The notes: generated from the letters alone by a model not told the origin. A stretch of DNA of 64,000 bases from an uncultured Actinomycetes bacterium (GCA_963764595.1 CAVXTG010000006.1:71168-135167), one strand, 5' to 3'. Positions 50,943 through 60,609 are shown, counted from the first letter of the stretch. Translations and numbers: made by a program.

Positions 50943-51016
50943 GCCGGAGTAGCTCAGTTGGTCAGAGCACCGGTTTTGTAAACCGGGCGTCGCGGGTTCG
51001 AATCCGACCTCCGGCT
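50943..51016 (+). tRNA. tRNA-Thr (anticodon TGT)
   Basis: Hand-folded. Acceptor stem GCCGGAG/CTCCGGC, D arm GCTC-AGTTGGTCA-GAGC, anticodon arm CCGGT-TTTGTAA-ACCGG, and T loop GTTCGAATC. The T stem (GCGGG/CCGAC) has two central mismatches. No encoded CCA. Confidence 0.8.
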
Positions 51017-51017
51017 C

Positions 51018-51979
51018 TTAGGCTCGAAGCGCCCTGTTGAGGTCGGCCCAGAGCTCGTCGACATCCTCGAGACCGACGCTGAGCCGTACGAGGTTCTCCG
51101 GGACTCGATCTCCCTCCCAGCGGGCGCGCGTCTCGAGCACCGAGTCGACGCCGCCGAGGCTCGTTGCGTTCTTGATCAGCTTCGTCGAGGTCTCGACGCG
51201 CCGCGCCGCTTCCGCTCCGCCGGCGACGTCGAACGACATCAGCCCGCCGAAGCCGGGATAGCGGACCCGCTCGACTGCGGGATGCGCCTCCAGGCGCCGG
51301 GCTATCTCCTGCGCGTTTGCCGTGATGCCCTCCAAGCGCACGCGCAGCGTCTTGAGGCTACGAAGCAGGAGCCAGGCGGGGTCCGGCGCGGCAACGATCC
51401 CGCTCCGCGTCCGGAACTCGAGCAGGCGGTCGTAGTCCTCCTGCGACTTGCAGACGACGGCGCCGAGCAGCACGTCGTGGTGGCCGCCCAGGAACTTGGT
51501 GGCGCTGTGCAGGACGAAGTCCGCGCCGCGCTCGAGCGGGCGGAGGTAGACGGGCGTCGCCGCGGTCGAGTCGACGACCAGCGGCGCGGGATAGCGCTGC
51601 TGCCGACTCGAAGTCCGGCATCGTCAGCAGCGGGTTGGAGGGCGCCTCGACCCAGACGAGGTCCGCGCCCTCCGGCGGCGGCCCGGTCTGGTCGAACTCG
51701 ACGACCCGCAGGCCCCAGCGCTCGAACATGCGCATCAGCACGGGAGTTCCGAAGTACGCGTCCTGCGTCAAGGCGACGGTCTTGCCCGGCTCGAGCAGCG
51801 GCAAGCAGCAGCGCGGTGATCGCGCCCGAACCGGAGGGAAAGAGCAGCGCCTGCCCGCCTTCGAGCTCGCCGAGCGCCCGCTCGGCCTCGACGCCGGCCG
51901 GGTGTGCGTAGCGCTGGTAGTAGAACTCGCCCGGCTCTCCGTCCTCGTAGGGCCAGATGGTCGAGCGGTCGAGCATCAC
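51018..51979 (-). CDS. Cys/Met-metabolism PLP enzyme (cystathionine gamma-synthase/lyase family), interrupted by two +1 frameshifts (about 51800 and about 51603)
   Basis: Three track ORF frames join into one protein. The first gives [11 protein letters not shown]...[40 protein letters not shown]. The second gives [18 protein letters not shown]...[19 protein letters not shown]. The third gives [43 protein letters not shown] (PLP Lys)...[10 protein letters not shown]. Confidence 0.8.
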
Positions 51980-52006
51980 CCGTGACTGCTAGTTAGGCTC
52001 CGGCAG

Positions 52007-53581
52007 GTGGCGACGACGGACGATCGCACCGATTCGACCAAGGACAAGCTCGACGAGCTGAACCGCCTGCGCGAGGAGGCGCTCCACCCGGCGAGCGAGC
52101 AGGCGGTCGAGCGACAGCGGGCGCAGGGGAAGCTCCTCGCGCACGAACGGCTCGAGAAGCTGCTCGACCCCGGCTCCTTCGTCGAGCTCGACCGCTTCGT
52201 CCGCCACCGGAACCCCTACTTCGGGATGATGGAGCGGCGGCCGTACGGCGACGCCGTCGTGACCGGCTACGGCACGATCTTCGGCCGCAAGGTCTTCGTC
52301 TTCTCGCAGGACTTCACGATCTTCGGCGGCAGCCTCTCGGAGCCGTTCGCAGAGAAGATCTGCAAGGTCATGGACCTGGCGGCCAAGTTCGGCTGTCCGG
52401 TGATCGGGATCAACGACTCGGGCGGCGCGCGGATCCAAGAGGGCGTCGTGTCGCTGGCGGGCTACGCGGAGATCTTCTGGCGGAACGTCCAGTCCTCGGG
52501 CGTGATCCCCCAGATCAGCCTCGTGATGGGCCCCACGGCCGGCGGCGCGGTCTACTCGCCCGTCATGACCGACTTCGTCCTGATGGTCGAGGACACCTCG
52601 TACATGTTCATCACCGGCCCCGACGTGGTGAAGACGGTGACCGGGGAGGAGGTCACCTTCGAGGAGCTGGGCGGCGCGGCGACGCACGCCTCCAAGTCCG
52701 GGATCGCGCACTTCATCGCCCCGGACGAAGAGACCTGCCTCGAGGACGCGCGCTACCTCCTCTCGTTTCTGCCGCAGAACAACCTCGATCCACCGCCGTA
52801 CTTTCCGCCGACCGATCCCGTCGACCGGGAGGATCCCGAGCTCGACACGCTTATCCCCGACGAGCCGACGAAGCCCTACGACATCAAGGACGTCATCCGC
52901 CGGGTCGTGGACGACGGCGACTTCCTGGAGGTGCACGAGCGTTACGCCCAGAACATCGTCTGCGGCTTGGCGCGCCTCGGCGGTCGGCCGGTCGGCGTCG
53001 TCGGCAACCAGCCACACACGCTGGCCGGGGTCCTCGACATCGACTCGTCGGTGAAGGGCGCCCGCTTCGTCCGCACGTGCGACGCATTCAACATCCCGCT
53101 CGTCACCTTCGTCGACGTGCCGGGCTTCCTGCCCGGGACGGCGCAGGAGTGGGGCGGAATCATCCGCCATGGCGCGAAGCTGCTCTACGCCTACTCCGAG
53201 GCGACGGTCCCCAAGCTCGCGGTGATCACGCGCAAGGCCTACGGCGGGGCCTACGACGTCATGAGCTCGAAGCACATCCGCGCCGACTTCAACTTCGCCT
53301 GGCCGACAGCCGAGGTCGCGGTCATGGGCCCCGAGAGCGCGGTCAACATCGTCTTCCGGAAAGAGCTCGAGGAAGCGGACGATCCCGACGCCAGGCGAGA
53401 GGAGCTGATCGCCGAGTACCGCGAGCAGTTCGCGAACCCGTACGTCGCGGCCGAGCGAGGCTACGTCGACGACGTGATCGAGCCACGGCGGACGAGGCCC
53501 GTGCTCATCGACGCGCTCGAGACGGCGCGGACCAAGCGCGAGCCGCGGCCCCGCCGAAAGCACGGCAACATCCCGCTCTAG
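52007..53581 (+). CDS. pccB: Acyl-CoA (propionyl/methylmalonyl-type) carboxylase, carboxyltransferase beta subunit
   Basis: 524 aa with a GTG start. Contains [47 protein letters not shown], and the [13 protein letters not shown] pattern. Confidence 0.93.
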   Translation: MATTDDRTDSTKDKLDELNRLREEALHPASEQAVERQRAQGKLLAHERLEKLLDPGSFVELDRFVRHRNPYFGMMERRPYGDAVVTGYGTIFGRKVFVFSQDFTIFGGSLSEPFAEKICKVMDLAAKFGCPVIGINDSGGARIQEGVVSLAGYAEIFWRNVQSSGVIPQISLVMGPTAGGAVYSPVMTDFVLMVEDTSYMFITGPDVVKTVTGEEVTFEELGGAATHASKSGIAHFIAPDEETCLEDARYLLSFLPQNNLDPPPYFPPTDPVDREDPELDTLIPDEPTKPYDIKDVIRRVVDDGDFLEVHERYAQNIVCGLARLGGRPVGVVGNQPHTLAGVLDIDSSVKGARFVRTCDAFNIPLVTFVDVPGFLPGTAQEWGGIIRHGAKLLYAYSEATVPKLAVITRKAYGGAYDVMSSKHIRADFNFAWPTAEVAVMGPESAVNIVFRKELEEADDPDARREELIAEYREQFANPYVAAERGYVDDVIEPRRTRPVLIDALETARTKREPRPRRKHGNIPL

Positions 53582-53582
53582 C

Positions 53583-53744
53583 GTGAGCTGGGAGGTGGAT
53601 CCCGAGCCGACCGACGCCGAGGAGCGCGCCGCGCTGGTCGCCGCCGTCGACCGGGCGCTCGCCTCGGACGAGGAGAGCGCTTGGTGGCGCTCCGGCCTCG
53701 AGGATCTCGCGGAAGGTTCGCCGGCGGAGCCGGTCGAGCCCTGA
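53583..53744 (+). CDS. Putative acyl-CoA carboxylase epsilon subunit (53 aa; below the track cutoff)
   Basis: Hand-translated from the GTG at 53583, 2 nt after the pccB stop: VSWEVDPEPTDAEERAALVAAVDRALASDEESAWWRSGLEDLAEGSPAEPVEP. The Pro/Glu-EE-AAL-A-A pattern followed by Trp/Arg resembles actinobacterial AccE/PccE peptides. GC3-rich. Confidence 0.4.
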   Translation: MSWEVDPEPTDAEERAALVAAVDRALASDEESAWWRSGLEDLAEGSPAEPVEP

Positions 53745-53764
53745 GCTCCCCCGGGCAGCAGAAT

Positions 53765-55540
53765 ATGCGGGTCGTGGCGCCGTTCTCCAAGGTGCTCGTC
53801 GCCAACCGCGGCGAGATCGCCGTCCGCATCTTTCGGACCCTGCGCGAGCTCGAGATCTCCCCGGTCGCTGTCTACTCCGAAGCCGACCGAGGCTCGCTCC
53901 ACGTCGAGCTCGCAGACGAGGCCTACCTGCTGGGACCAGGACCTGCGGCCGAGAGCTACCTCGCCCAGGAGCGCGTGATCGACGCCGCGCGCCGCTCCGG
54001 CGCGGACGCCATCCATCCGGGGTACGGCTTCCTCGCCGAGAACGCCGACTTTGCGCGCGCCGTCGAGGCGGCCGGCCTGGTCTGGATCGGACCGCCGCCC
54101 GAGGCGATCGAGATCATGGGCTCGAAGGTCGCAGCCCGGCAGCGCATGCAGGCCGCCGGCGTCCCGATCATCCCCGGCACGACCGAGCCGGTGTCGACCG
54201 CGGACGAGATCCGGTCGCTCGGCGACGAGATCGGCTGGCCGATCGCGATCAAGGCCTCAGCCGGCGGGGGCGGCAAGGGCCTCAAGGTCGTCGACTCGGC
54301 CGACGAGGTCGAGCGAGCGTTCGAGTCAGCCCAGCGGGAAGGCGAGGCCTACTTCTCCGACCCGGCGGTGTACGTCGAGCGCTACTTGGAAGACCCGCGC
54401 CATGTCGAGGTGCAGGTGCTCGCGGACGCCCACGGCAACGTCATCCACCTCGGCGAGCGGGACTGCACGATCCAGCGGCGGCACCAGAAGCTGGTCGAGG
54501 AGACGCCCTCGCCCGCGGTCACGGATGAGCTTCGCGAGCGGATCGGCCAGATCGCTGTCGACGCGGCGAAGGCGGTCGGCTATCGCTCGGCCGGCACGAT
54601 CGAGGGGCTGCTCTCGGCGGACGGCGAGTACTTCTTCCTGGAGATGAACACCCGGATCCAGGTCGAGCACACCGTCACCGAGCTCGTGACCGGCCTCGAC
54701 CTCGTCCGCGAGCAGGTGCTGATCGCGGCGGGAGAGCCGCTATGGCTGCGCCAGGAGGACGTTCGCTTCAGCGGGCACGCGATCGAGTGCCGCATCAACG
54801 CCGAGGATCCGTCCAACGGCTTTCTGCCCACACCCGGGAGGATCACGGGCTACCGGGAGCCGGGTGGGCCCGGGGTGCGGGTCGACTCCGGCGTCGACGC
54901 AGGGCGAGAGGTCGTCGCGCTCTACGACCCGCTGATCGCGAAGCTGTGCGTGCACGGCGTCGACCGCGAGCACGCGCGGCGCAGGATGCTGCGCGCGCTC
55001 GGCGAGTATCGGATTGATGGAGTGACCACGCTGCTCGGCTTCCATCGAGCGCTTCTCGGGCATCCCTGCTTCGTCCAGGACGGCGCGTGCCACGGGGTGG
55101 TGGAGTCCGAGGAGCTGGCGGAACAGTCGAAGCAGTTGTCTCATGAGACAACAAGCCTACCAATCTCGTCGGACGCCGCCGGATCACTTCGAGCCCGTCG
55201 GGTCCAGGCCGAGCTGGACGGACGCCGCTACGACCTCAGTCTGCTGCTTCCGGAACCGCCGCACGCGGAGCTCGCGCGACGCCGGCAGCAGCGCTCCCGG
55301 ACCGGCGGGTCGCACTCCGCCGCCAAGGATGCGGTCGTCAGCCCGATGCAGGGCACGGTGCTCGCGGTCGAGGTCGCCGAGGGTGACGAGGTCGAGGCCG
55401 GCCAGGTGCTCTGCATCGTCGAGGCGATGAAAATGGAAAACGAGATCGCCGCCCATCGGGCCGGACGGGTCTCGGGGCTCTCGGTCGCCGCGGGCCAGTC
55501 CGTCAAGACCGGACAGGTCATCTGCGTCGTGCAGAGCTAG
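53765..55540 (+). CDS. accA: Acyl-CoA carboxylase alpha subunit (biotin carboxylase plus BCCP)
   Basis: Internal ATG at 53765 of track ORF 53681-55540. Contains KVLVANRGEIAVRI, the ATP-grasp element GGGGKG, and the C-terminal biotinylation motif EAMKMEN. Confidence 0.93.
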   Translation: MRVVAPFSKVLVANRGEIAVRIFRTLRELEISPVAVYSEADRGSLHVELADEAYLLGPGPAAESYLAQERVIDAARRSGADAIHPGYGFLAENADFARAVEAAGLVWIGPPPEAIEIMGSKVAARQRMQAAGVPIIPGTTEPVSTADEIRSLGDEIGWPIAIKASAGGGGKGLKVVDSADEVERAFESAQREGEAYFSDPAVYVERYLEDPRHVEVQVLADAHGNVIHLGERDCTIQRRHQKLVEETPSPAVTDELRERIGQIAVDAAKAVGYRSAGTIEGLLSADGEYFFLEMNTRIQVEHTVTELVTGLDLVREQVLIAAGEPLWLRQEDVRFSGHAIECRINAEDPSNGFLPTPGRITGYREPGGPGVRVDSGVDAGREVVALYDPLIAKLCVHGVDREHARRRMLRALGEYRIDGVTTLLGFHRALLGHPCFVQDGACHGVVESEELAEQSKQLSHETTSLPISSDAAGSLRARRVQAELDGRRYDLSLLLPEPPHAELARRRQQRSRTGGSHSAAKDAVVSPMQGTVLAVEVAEGDEVEAGQVLCIVEAMKMENEIAAHRAGRVSGLSVAAGQSVKTGQVICVVQS

Positions 55541-56409
55541 TGCCGGGACAAGAACCTTTCTGCTCGGACATCTCGCGCGAGAACGACGAGCCGCTCGGCG
55601 CCACCGCGAGCCGGATCGACCACTGGCTGCTGATCGAGTACCGCGGCCTGTGGAGCTCGAACGCGTTCGACGGCAGCGGGCTCTCTGACCAGGTCAAGGC
55701 GAGACTGAGAGACCTGAAAGCGCAGCGTCCTCGCACCCGCCTGTTGCTCATTCGCCGTCCTGACCGCCGGCATCACCCGTCCCTGGCCGTCTACGCGGCG
55801 TCCTCGCGCGAGGGCGAAGAACGGCTCGGGAGCCTCGAGATCGACGAGCACGACGACCTGCGCGAGCTCGATCCCTGGGAGGCGGCGACCCCGTCCGACG
55901 AGCCGTTGTTCCTCGCCTGCACGCACGGCAAGCACGATCCCTGCTGCGCGCGTCGCGGACGGCCGCTCTATGAGGCGCTGAGCGAGCAGCTCGAATCGAG
56001 CTCCGTCTGGCAGTGCACTCATATCGGCGGCGACCGTTTTGCCGGCAACCTGCTCTGCCTTCCCCACGGCGTCTACTTCGGGCGGGTCGAGCGAGAAGAC
56101 GTGCCGTCGGTCGTGGACGACTATCTCGACGGGCGCATCTCGCTGGGCCACTATCGAGGCCGCTCCTGCTGGCCGTTCCCGGTGCAGGCCGCCGAACAGC
56201 GCGTCCGTACTGACGCAAGCCTGACGGGCCTCGACGACGTGTCGCTGGCGTCGGTCGAGCGAACGGAGGATCGCTGGGTGGTCGCCTTCGAAACGCCCGC
56301 CGGCCGGCGCGAGCTCGAGGTCCTGGCCGAGCTCGGAGAGCTGACGAAGCTCACGTGCAAGTCGGAGACCGCCAAGCGGCCTCTTCGCTACATCGCTAGG
56401 TCTCGCTGA
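55540..56409 (+). CDS. Sucrase/ferredoxin-like (thioredoxin-like 2Fe-2S) family protein
   Basis: 289 aa with a GTG start. Contains CTHGKHDPCCARRG...CTHIGGDRFAGN, characteristic of the Suc_Fer-like family. Confidence 0.72.
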   Translation: MPGQEPFCSDISRENDEPLGATASRIDHWLLIEYRGLWSSNAFDGSGLSDQVKARLRDLKAQRPRTRLLLIRRPDRRHHPSLAVYAASSREGEERLGSLEIDEHDDLRELDPWEAATPSDEPLFLACTHGKHDPCCARRGRPLYEALSEQLESSSVWQCTHIGGDRFAGNLLCLPHGVYFGRVEREDVPSVVDDYLDGRISLGHYRGRSCWPFPVQAAEQRVRTDASLTGLDDVSLASVERTEDRWVVAFETPAGRRELEVLAELGELTKLTCKSETAKRPLRYIARSR

Positions 56410-57723
56410 TCTGGAGGAAGCCCTCGCGCACGAGCCTCCGGACGAGGACGAGACGGCCGTCGTCGTCGAGGGAGCCCGGAAGCTCGGAAGCGGTGAACGG
56501 CTCGTCGGAGCCCACCGCTGCGGCCACTTCCTCGCGCGCGTGCTCCGGGAAACGTGAGCTCGCGACCTTCGAAGACGAGTGAGACCGTGCCGTCCCGGTC
56601 GACGAGGTCTGCAATCACCGTCGGGCGCCGCTCGAGCACGGTGTCCAGCTCCAGCTCGTCAAGGGCCCGCAACTGTTGCATCTGCCCCTCGCGAATCGGA
56701 CGGCGGGTCCGGACGAGCTTCGCGCGCGCGCGCCGCTCGCACGTCGTCCCGGCCGAGCCGGCTGCGAAGTGCCTCGACGAGGTCGTCCGCTCCGTCGCCC
56801 GACTGCCACGACCGTCTGAACCGGACATCGTCGCCGACCTCCTCGAGGGCAGCCTTGAACGCGTCCAACCACGTGACGACGTTGATGCCGATCGTCAGGT
56901 GCAGGGAGTCGGTCTCCGAGGTGACCGCCTCGTGGAGCCAGCCCCGGGGGAGATAGAGCATGTCGCCCGGCTTCAGCAGCCGGTCCTCGACGACCTCCGC
57001 GGGCTCGCCCAGCTCGGCCGAGTAACGCTGGTTTCGCAGCGGCAGCTCGAGCGCCGGCTCGTACACGCGCCAACGCTTCTCGCCCGCGACCTGGAGGACG
57101 AAGACGTCGTGCGTATCGTGGTGGATCGGTAGACCCTGTGCCGCTCGCGGCGTGTAGTAGGCGTTCGCCTGCGCCGGATGGCCGAGAGTCGCCTCCAGAG
57201 AGCGGCAGAGCGCGCCAATTGACGGTCGCGTCAGATGGAGCCCTTGGAGGACGATGGTGGCGCCGCGCTCCCACTCGGCCAGCACGCGCTCGACCTGCGC
57301 CGTTCCGCTGAACGCCGTCGGCCGCCACGGGACGTCAGTCGTGTAGTCCCGCGCGCGGAGCTGCTCGCCGGCCTTGACGAGCCGGAAGCCCGGATAGCGC
57401 AGGCCGCCGGAGCAGACGATCTGCTCGACCTCGGCGCGGGAGAGAAGGTCGTCGTACCAGCCCTCCTCGTCCCGAGAGATCGCGAGCGGCCTGCGCTCCC
57501 AGTAGTCCTCGAGGAACTCGGCCGCGCCGAGCGGCTCGACGCAGCGCTCGAGCCCGCTAGGCGTCTGTCTCGTCGGAGTCGCTGTCAGTGTCGTCCGTGT
57601 CGGCGTCGGTGTCTCCGTGTCGGCGTCGGTGTCGTCCATGTCCGCGTCGGCGGTCTCCTCGCGGATCTCCTGAACGACGTCGGTGCGGATCTCTTCGTCG
57701 GTGAGACTCGTGCGTTCGCTCAT
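56396..57723 (-). CDS. JmjC/cupin-4 family oxygenase-like protein with acidic N-terminal extension, interrupted by two +1 frameshifts (about 56719-56733 in a (GC)n run; about 56545-56550)
   Basis: The ATG (complement of 57721-57723) is preceded by GGAAGGAG. The cupin core reads FLEDYWERRPL...ANAYYTPRAAQGLPIHHDTHDVFVLQVAGEKRWRVY...LYLPRGWLHEA...SLHLTIG. The C-terminal winged-helix part continues in two other frames (track ORFs 56388-56828 and 56396-56614), ending ...LVLVRRLVREGFLQISET. Confidence 0.7.
57594..57633. repeat. Perfect 20-nt tandem duplication (TCCGTGTCGGCGTCGGTGTC x2) inside the JmjC-gene N-terminal coding region
   Basis: Read directly: 57594-57613 is identical to 57614-57633. 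A degenerate third unit follows. The unit length is not a multiple of 3. Confidence 0.9.
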
Positions 57724-57770
57724 GACGGCTCCTTCCGTGGGAGTAGGTGCCGAGTCTATGCCCTCTTCGG

Positions 57771-58294
57771 CTAGGGCCGAACCGCATGATTGGTGACCCA
57801 TAGAAATCCAGCATTGGGATGCAAGCGGACGAAGCGGCCGAAGAGGATTCTGACGATTGAGCCCTTCTGCAGGCTCCTCGAGCCCGACATCGTTCCTCGC
57901 CAGCTCGTTCCTGCCCGCAGGACGCTTGGGAGGCGGAGGCGCGATCCGGTCAGGCTCGTGAAAGGGCGGCGCCGTCCTGAAGTCCGCGGTCAGCTCGCGG
58001 AGCTCCTTGCTCGTCACGGTCTCGAGCAGGACGAGCCCGAACATCGACCCGCCGGGATAGTGTGGCCGTCCAATCAGGTAGTCAACCGATCCACGGTTTG
58101 CGACTGACGCGGTGACGAGCCAGCCGTCCCGACGGACGACGAACCGGTAAACGCGAAAAACCAGGCCCAGCTCGGCCGACTCCTCGACCCAGTTCAGCTC
58201 GAGCGTGCGCGGCTCGGCGGGCGAGGCAACGGGGCTCGCCACCGGAGCCGCAGCCGGCGAGCAGGGCGGCGACAAGCAGGCACGCTGCCCTCAC
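57771..58294 (-). CDS. Putative lipoprotein, paralogue A (family unknown), interrupted by two +1 frameshifts (GGGG 58231-58234; GGG 57928-57930)
   Basis: The GTG (complement of 58292-58294) overlaps the paralogue B stop (GTGA). The signal/lipobox is VRAACLLVAALLAGCGSGGEP. The body reads PAEPRTLELNWVEE...GLVLLETV...PDRIAPPPP. The third frame gives SVLRAGTSWRGTMSGSRSLQKGSIVRILFG...FLWVTNHAVRP, collinear with paralogue B. Confidence 0.55.
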
Positions 58295-58836
58295 AGCCGA
58301 ACCGCGTGATCGGTGACCCAGAGCACCGTTCCAGTCTCCGTGAAGTCGCGCACGCCGACGCGCGAGTAGGGGCCGAACAGCACGCGCACGACGGATCCCT
58401 GGCGCAGAACCTCGCTCCCCGCGATCGTTCCGGTCCACGACGCACCCGGACCGAGCACGGGTGGCGGCTCCGGGACGACCCGGTCGGGGGTCAGCGACGG
58501 CGGTGCGCGCGCGAGGTCGTCCGTCAGGTCGCTCAGCTCGGCGGCGCTGTCCGTGTCGAGCAGGACGAGCCCGACGCTGCCTCGACCCAGCCGGTAGGCG
58601 CTGTCCGAGCCGTTCGTGACGCCAACCTCGGCGCGCCAGCCGTCTTCGCCGACCGTGAGTCGTTCGACGCGGTAGGTGAAGCCCGTCACCGTGTCGCGCT
58701 CGACCCAGCCGAGCTCGATGGTTCGCGGCTCGGCGGGCGGGGCGAGCTCTGGGCGCTCGATCCCGGAGCAGCCGACGAGCGCAACCGCGGCGAGACAACC
58801 GGAGGCGCTGCATGGATAGACTCGCCAGCCGGTCAT
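58291..58836 (-). CDS. Putative lipoprotein, paralogue B (family unknown)
   Basis: 181 aa with the lipobox AVALVGCSG. The body reads PAEPRTIELGWVER...GLVLLDTD...PDRVVPEPPPVLGPGASWTGTIAGSEVLRQGSVVRVLFG...VLWVTDHAVRL. Its ATG overlaps the divergent sucC ATG by 2 nt (CATG). Confidence 0.6.
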   Translation of the reverse strand: MTGWRVYPCSASGCLAAVALVGCSGIERPELAPPAEPRTIELGWVERDTVTGFTYRVERLTVGEDGWRAEVGVTNGSDSAYRLGRGSVGLVLLDTDSAAELSDLTDDLARAPPSLTPDRVVPEPPPVLGPGASWTGTIAGSEVLRQGSVVRVLFGPYSRVGVRDFTETGTVLWVTDHAVRL

Positions 58837-59977
58837 GGACCTCTACGAGTACCAGGGCAAGGAGCTGTTTCGCCGCTTCGGGATCCCCGTCTCCGAGGGT
58901 CGGCTCGCAAGCTCCCCGGAGGAGGCACGCACGGCGGCCCAGGAGCTCGGCGGCCAGGTCGTCGTCAAGGCGCAGGTGCTGACCGGCGGCCGCGGCAAGG
59001 CCGGCGGCATCAAGCTCGCGGACGGGCCGGACGAGGCCGAGGAGCAGGCGCGGGCGATTCTCGGGCTGGACATCAACGGCCACGTCGTCCGCAAGCTCTG
59101 GATCGAGTCCGCCTCCGACATCGCCCGGGAGTACTACCTCTCGCTGACCTTCGACCGCGGTGAGAAGAAGGCGCTCTTCATGTTCACGAAGGAGGGCGGC
59201 ATCGACATCGAGGAGGTCGCCGCCGAGCGCCCGGAGGCCCTCGCGCGCCTCCACGTCGATCCACTCGAGGGCTTCCAGCCCTATCAGGCGCGCCGCTTGA
59301 TCTACGGCGCCGGGATCGAGGACGAGAGTGAGCAGAAGCAAATCGCGAAGATCGCCGAGCAGCTCTACGCCGCGTTCGTCGGCACCGACGCGATGCTGAC
59401 CGAGATCAACCCGCTGATCGTGACGCCGGACGGGCAGGTGAAGGCGCTCGACTCGAAGTTCACGGTCGACGACAACGCGCTCTACAAGCATCCCGACATC
59501 GCCGAGATGCGCGACCTCGACGCCTACCCACCCGAGGAGCGTGCGGCTCGCGAGAAGGGCGTCACCTACGTGAAGCTGGACGGGGAGGTCGGCGTGCTCG
59601 GCAACGGGGCCGGGCTCGTCATGTCCACCCTCGACGTGGTCGCGCTGGCCGGCGGCCGGCCCGCCAACTTCTGCGATCTCGGCGGCGGCGGTGACGCGCA
59701 AGGGGTCGTCGACGCGCTCGAGATCATCAGCGCCGACCCGCAGGTGAAGTCGATCCTCTTCAACATCTTCGGAGGGATAACGCGCGGCGACGAGGTCGCT
59801 CGCGGGATCCTCCAGGCGCTCGGTTCGATCTCCATCGAGGATCCGATCGTGGTCAGGCTCGACGGAACGAATGCCGACGAAGGGAGGCGGCTGCTCGAGG
59901 AGGCGGCCCCGCCGAACCTGCATGTCGAGCCGACGATGCTCGACGCGGCCAAGCGCGCGGTGGAGCTGGCGCCATGA
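58835..59977 (+). CDS. sucC: Succinate--CoA ligase (ADP-forming) beta subunit
   Basis: 380 aa. Contains MDLYEYQGKELFRRFGIPV and VVVKAQVLTGGRGKAGGIK, an ATP-grasp fold, and a C-terminal NIFGGITR. Confidence 0.95.
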   Translation: MDLYEYQGKELFRRFGIPVSEGRLASSPEEARTAAQELGGQVVVKAQVLTGGRGKAGGIKLADGPDEAEEQARAILGLDINGHVVRKLWIESASDIAREYYLSLTFDRGEKKALFMFTKEGGIDIEEVAAERPEALARLHVDPLEGFQPYQARRLIYGAGIEDESEQKQIAKIAEQLYAAFVGTDAMLTEINPLIVTPDGQVKALDSKFTVDDNALYKHPDIAEMRDLDAYPPEERAAREKGVTYVKLDGEVGVLGNGAGLVMSTLDVVALAGGRPANFCDLGGGGDAQGVVDALEIISADPQVKSILFNIFGGITRGDEVARGILQALGSISIEDPIVVRLDGTNADEGRRLLEEAAPPNLHVEPTMLDAAKRAVELAP

Positions 59978-60609
59978 CCGATGTCTGGAGCGAGCGGGCG
60001 GAGCTGTACCGGGAGAGCGAAGCGCATCGCGAGGGTGAGGATCTCGACCTCTTCGTCGAGTGGGCCGAGGGCCGTCAGGTTCTCGACGTCGCCACGGGCG
60101 GCGGCCACGTCGCCCGGCGGATGCGAGACGCTGGGCATGACGTCGTCACCTGCGATCCGGCACCGGGGATGAAGGCCGACGTCGTCTGCAGCGCCGAGGA
60201 GCTTCCGTTCGCAGACGGCAGCTTCGACGTCGTCGCCTGCCGGGTCGCTGCGCACCACTTCGACGACGTGGCGAAGGCGGTCAAGGAGATGGCCCGCGTC
60301 AGCCGCGCCTTCGTGCTGGTCGCCGACAACCTCTACCTCGACGAGACCGTCGAGGAGGCCGAGAAGCTGCGGGACCCGACACACGTGCGCTGTTACTCCG
60401 AGAACGAATGGCGCGGCTTCTTCGAGGGCGCCGGCCTCGAGGTCGACGACATCCAGCGCTTCGACAAGCGGATCGAGCTCGAGCCGTGGCTCGAGCGAGC
60501 GGGCTGCACGGGCGAGGATGCTCGCCGCGTCCGCGAGCTGCTCGCCGACCGGATCGAGGGCGAGCGGGTCGCGCTGACCCGGATTGCCCTGCGAGGACGG
60601 AAGACCTGA
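59974..60609 (+). CDS. Class I SAM-dependent methyltransferase (Methyltransf_11-like)
   Basis: 211 aa. Contains VLDVATGGGHVA (motif I), LPFADGSFDVVACRVAAHHF and AFVLVAD. ATGA overlap with the sucC stop, and TGATG overlap with the sucD start. Confidence 0.8.
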   Translation: MTDVWSERAELYRESEAHREGEDLDLFVEWAEGRQVLDVATGGGHVARRMRDAGHDVVTCDPAPGMKADVVCSAEELPFADGSFDVVACRVAAHHFDDVAKAVKEMARVSRAFVLVADNLYLDETVEEAEKLRDPTHVRCYSENEWRGFFEGAGLEVDDIQRFDKRIELEPWLERAGCTGEDARRVRELLADRIEGERVALTRIALRGRKT

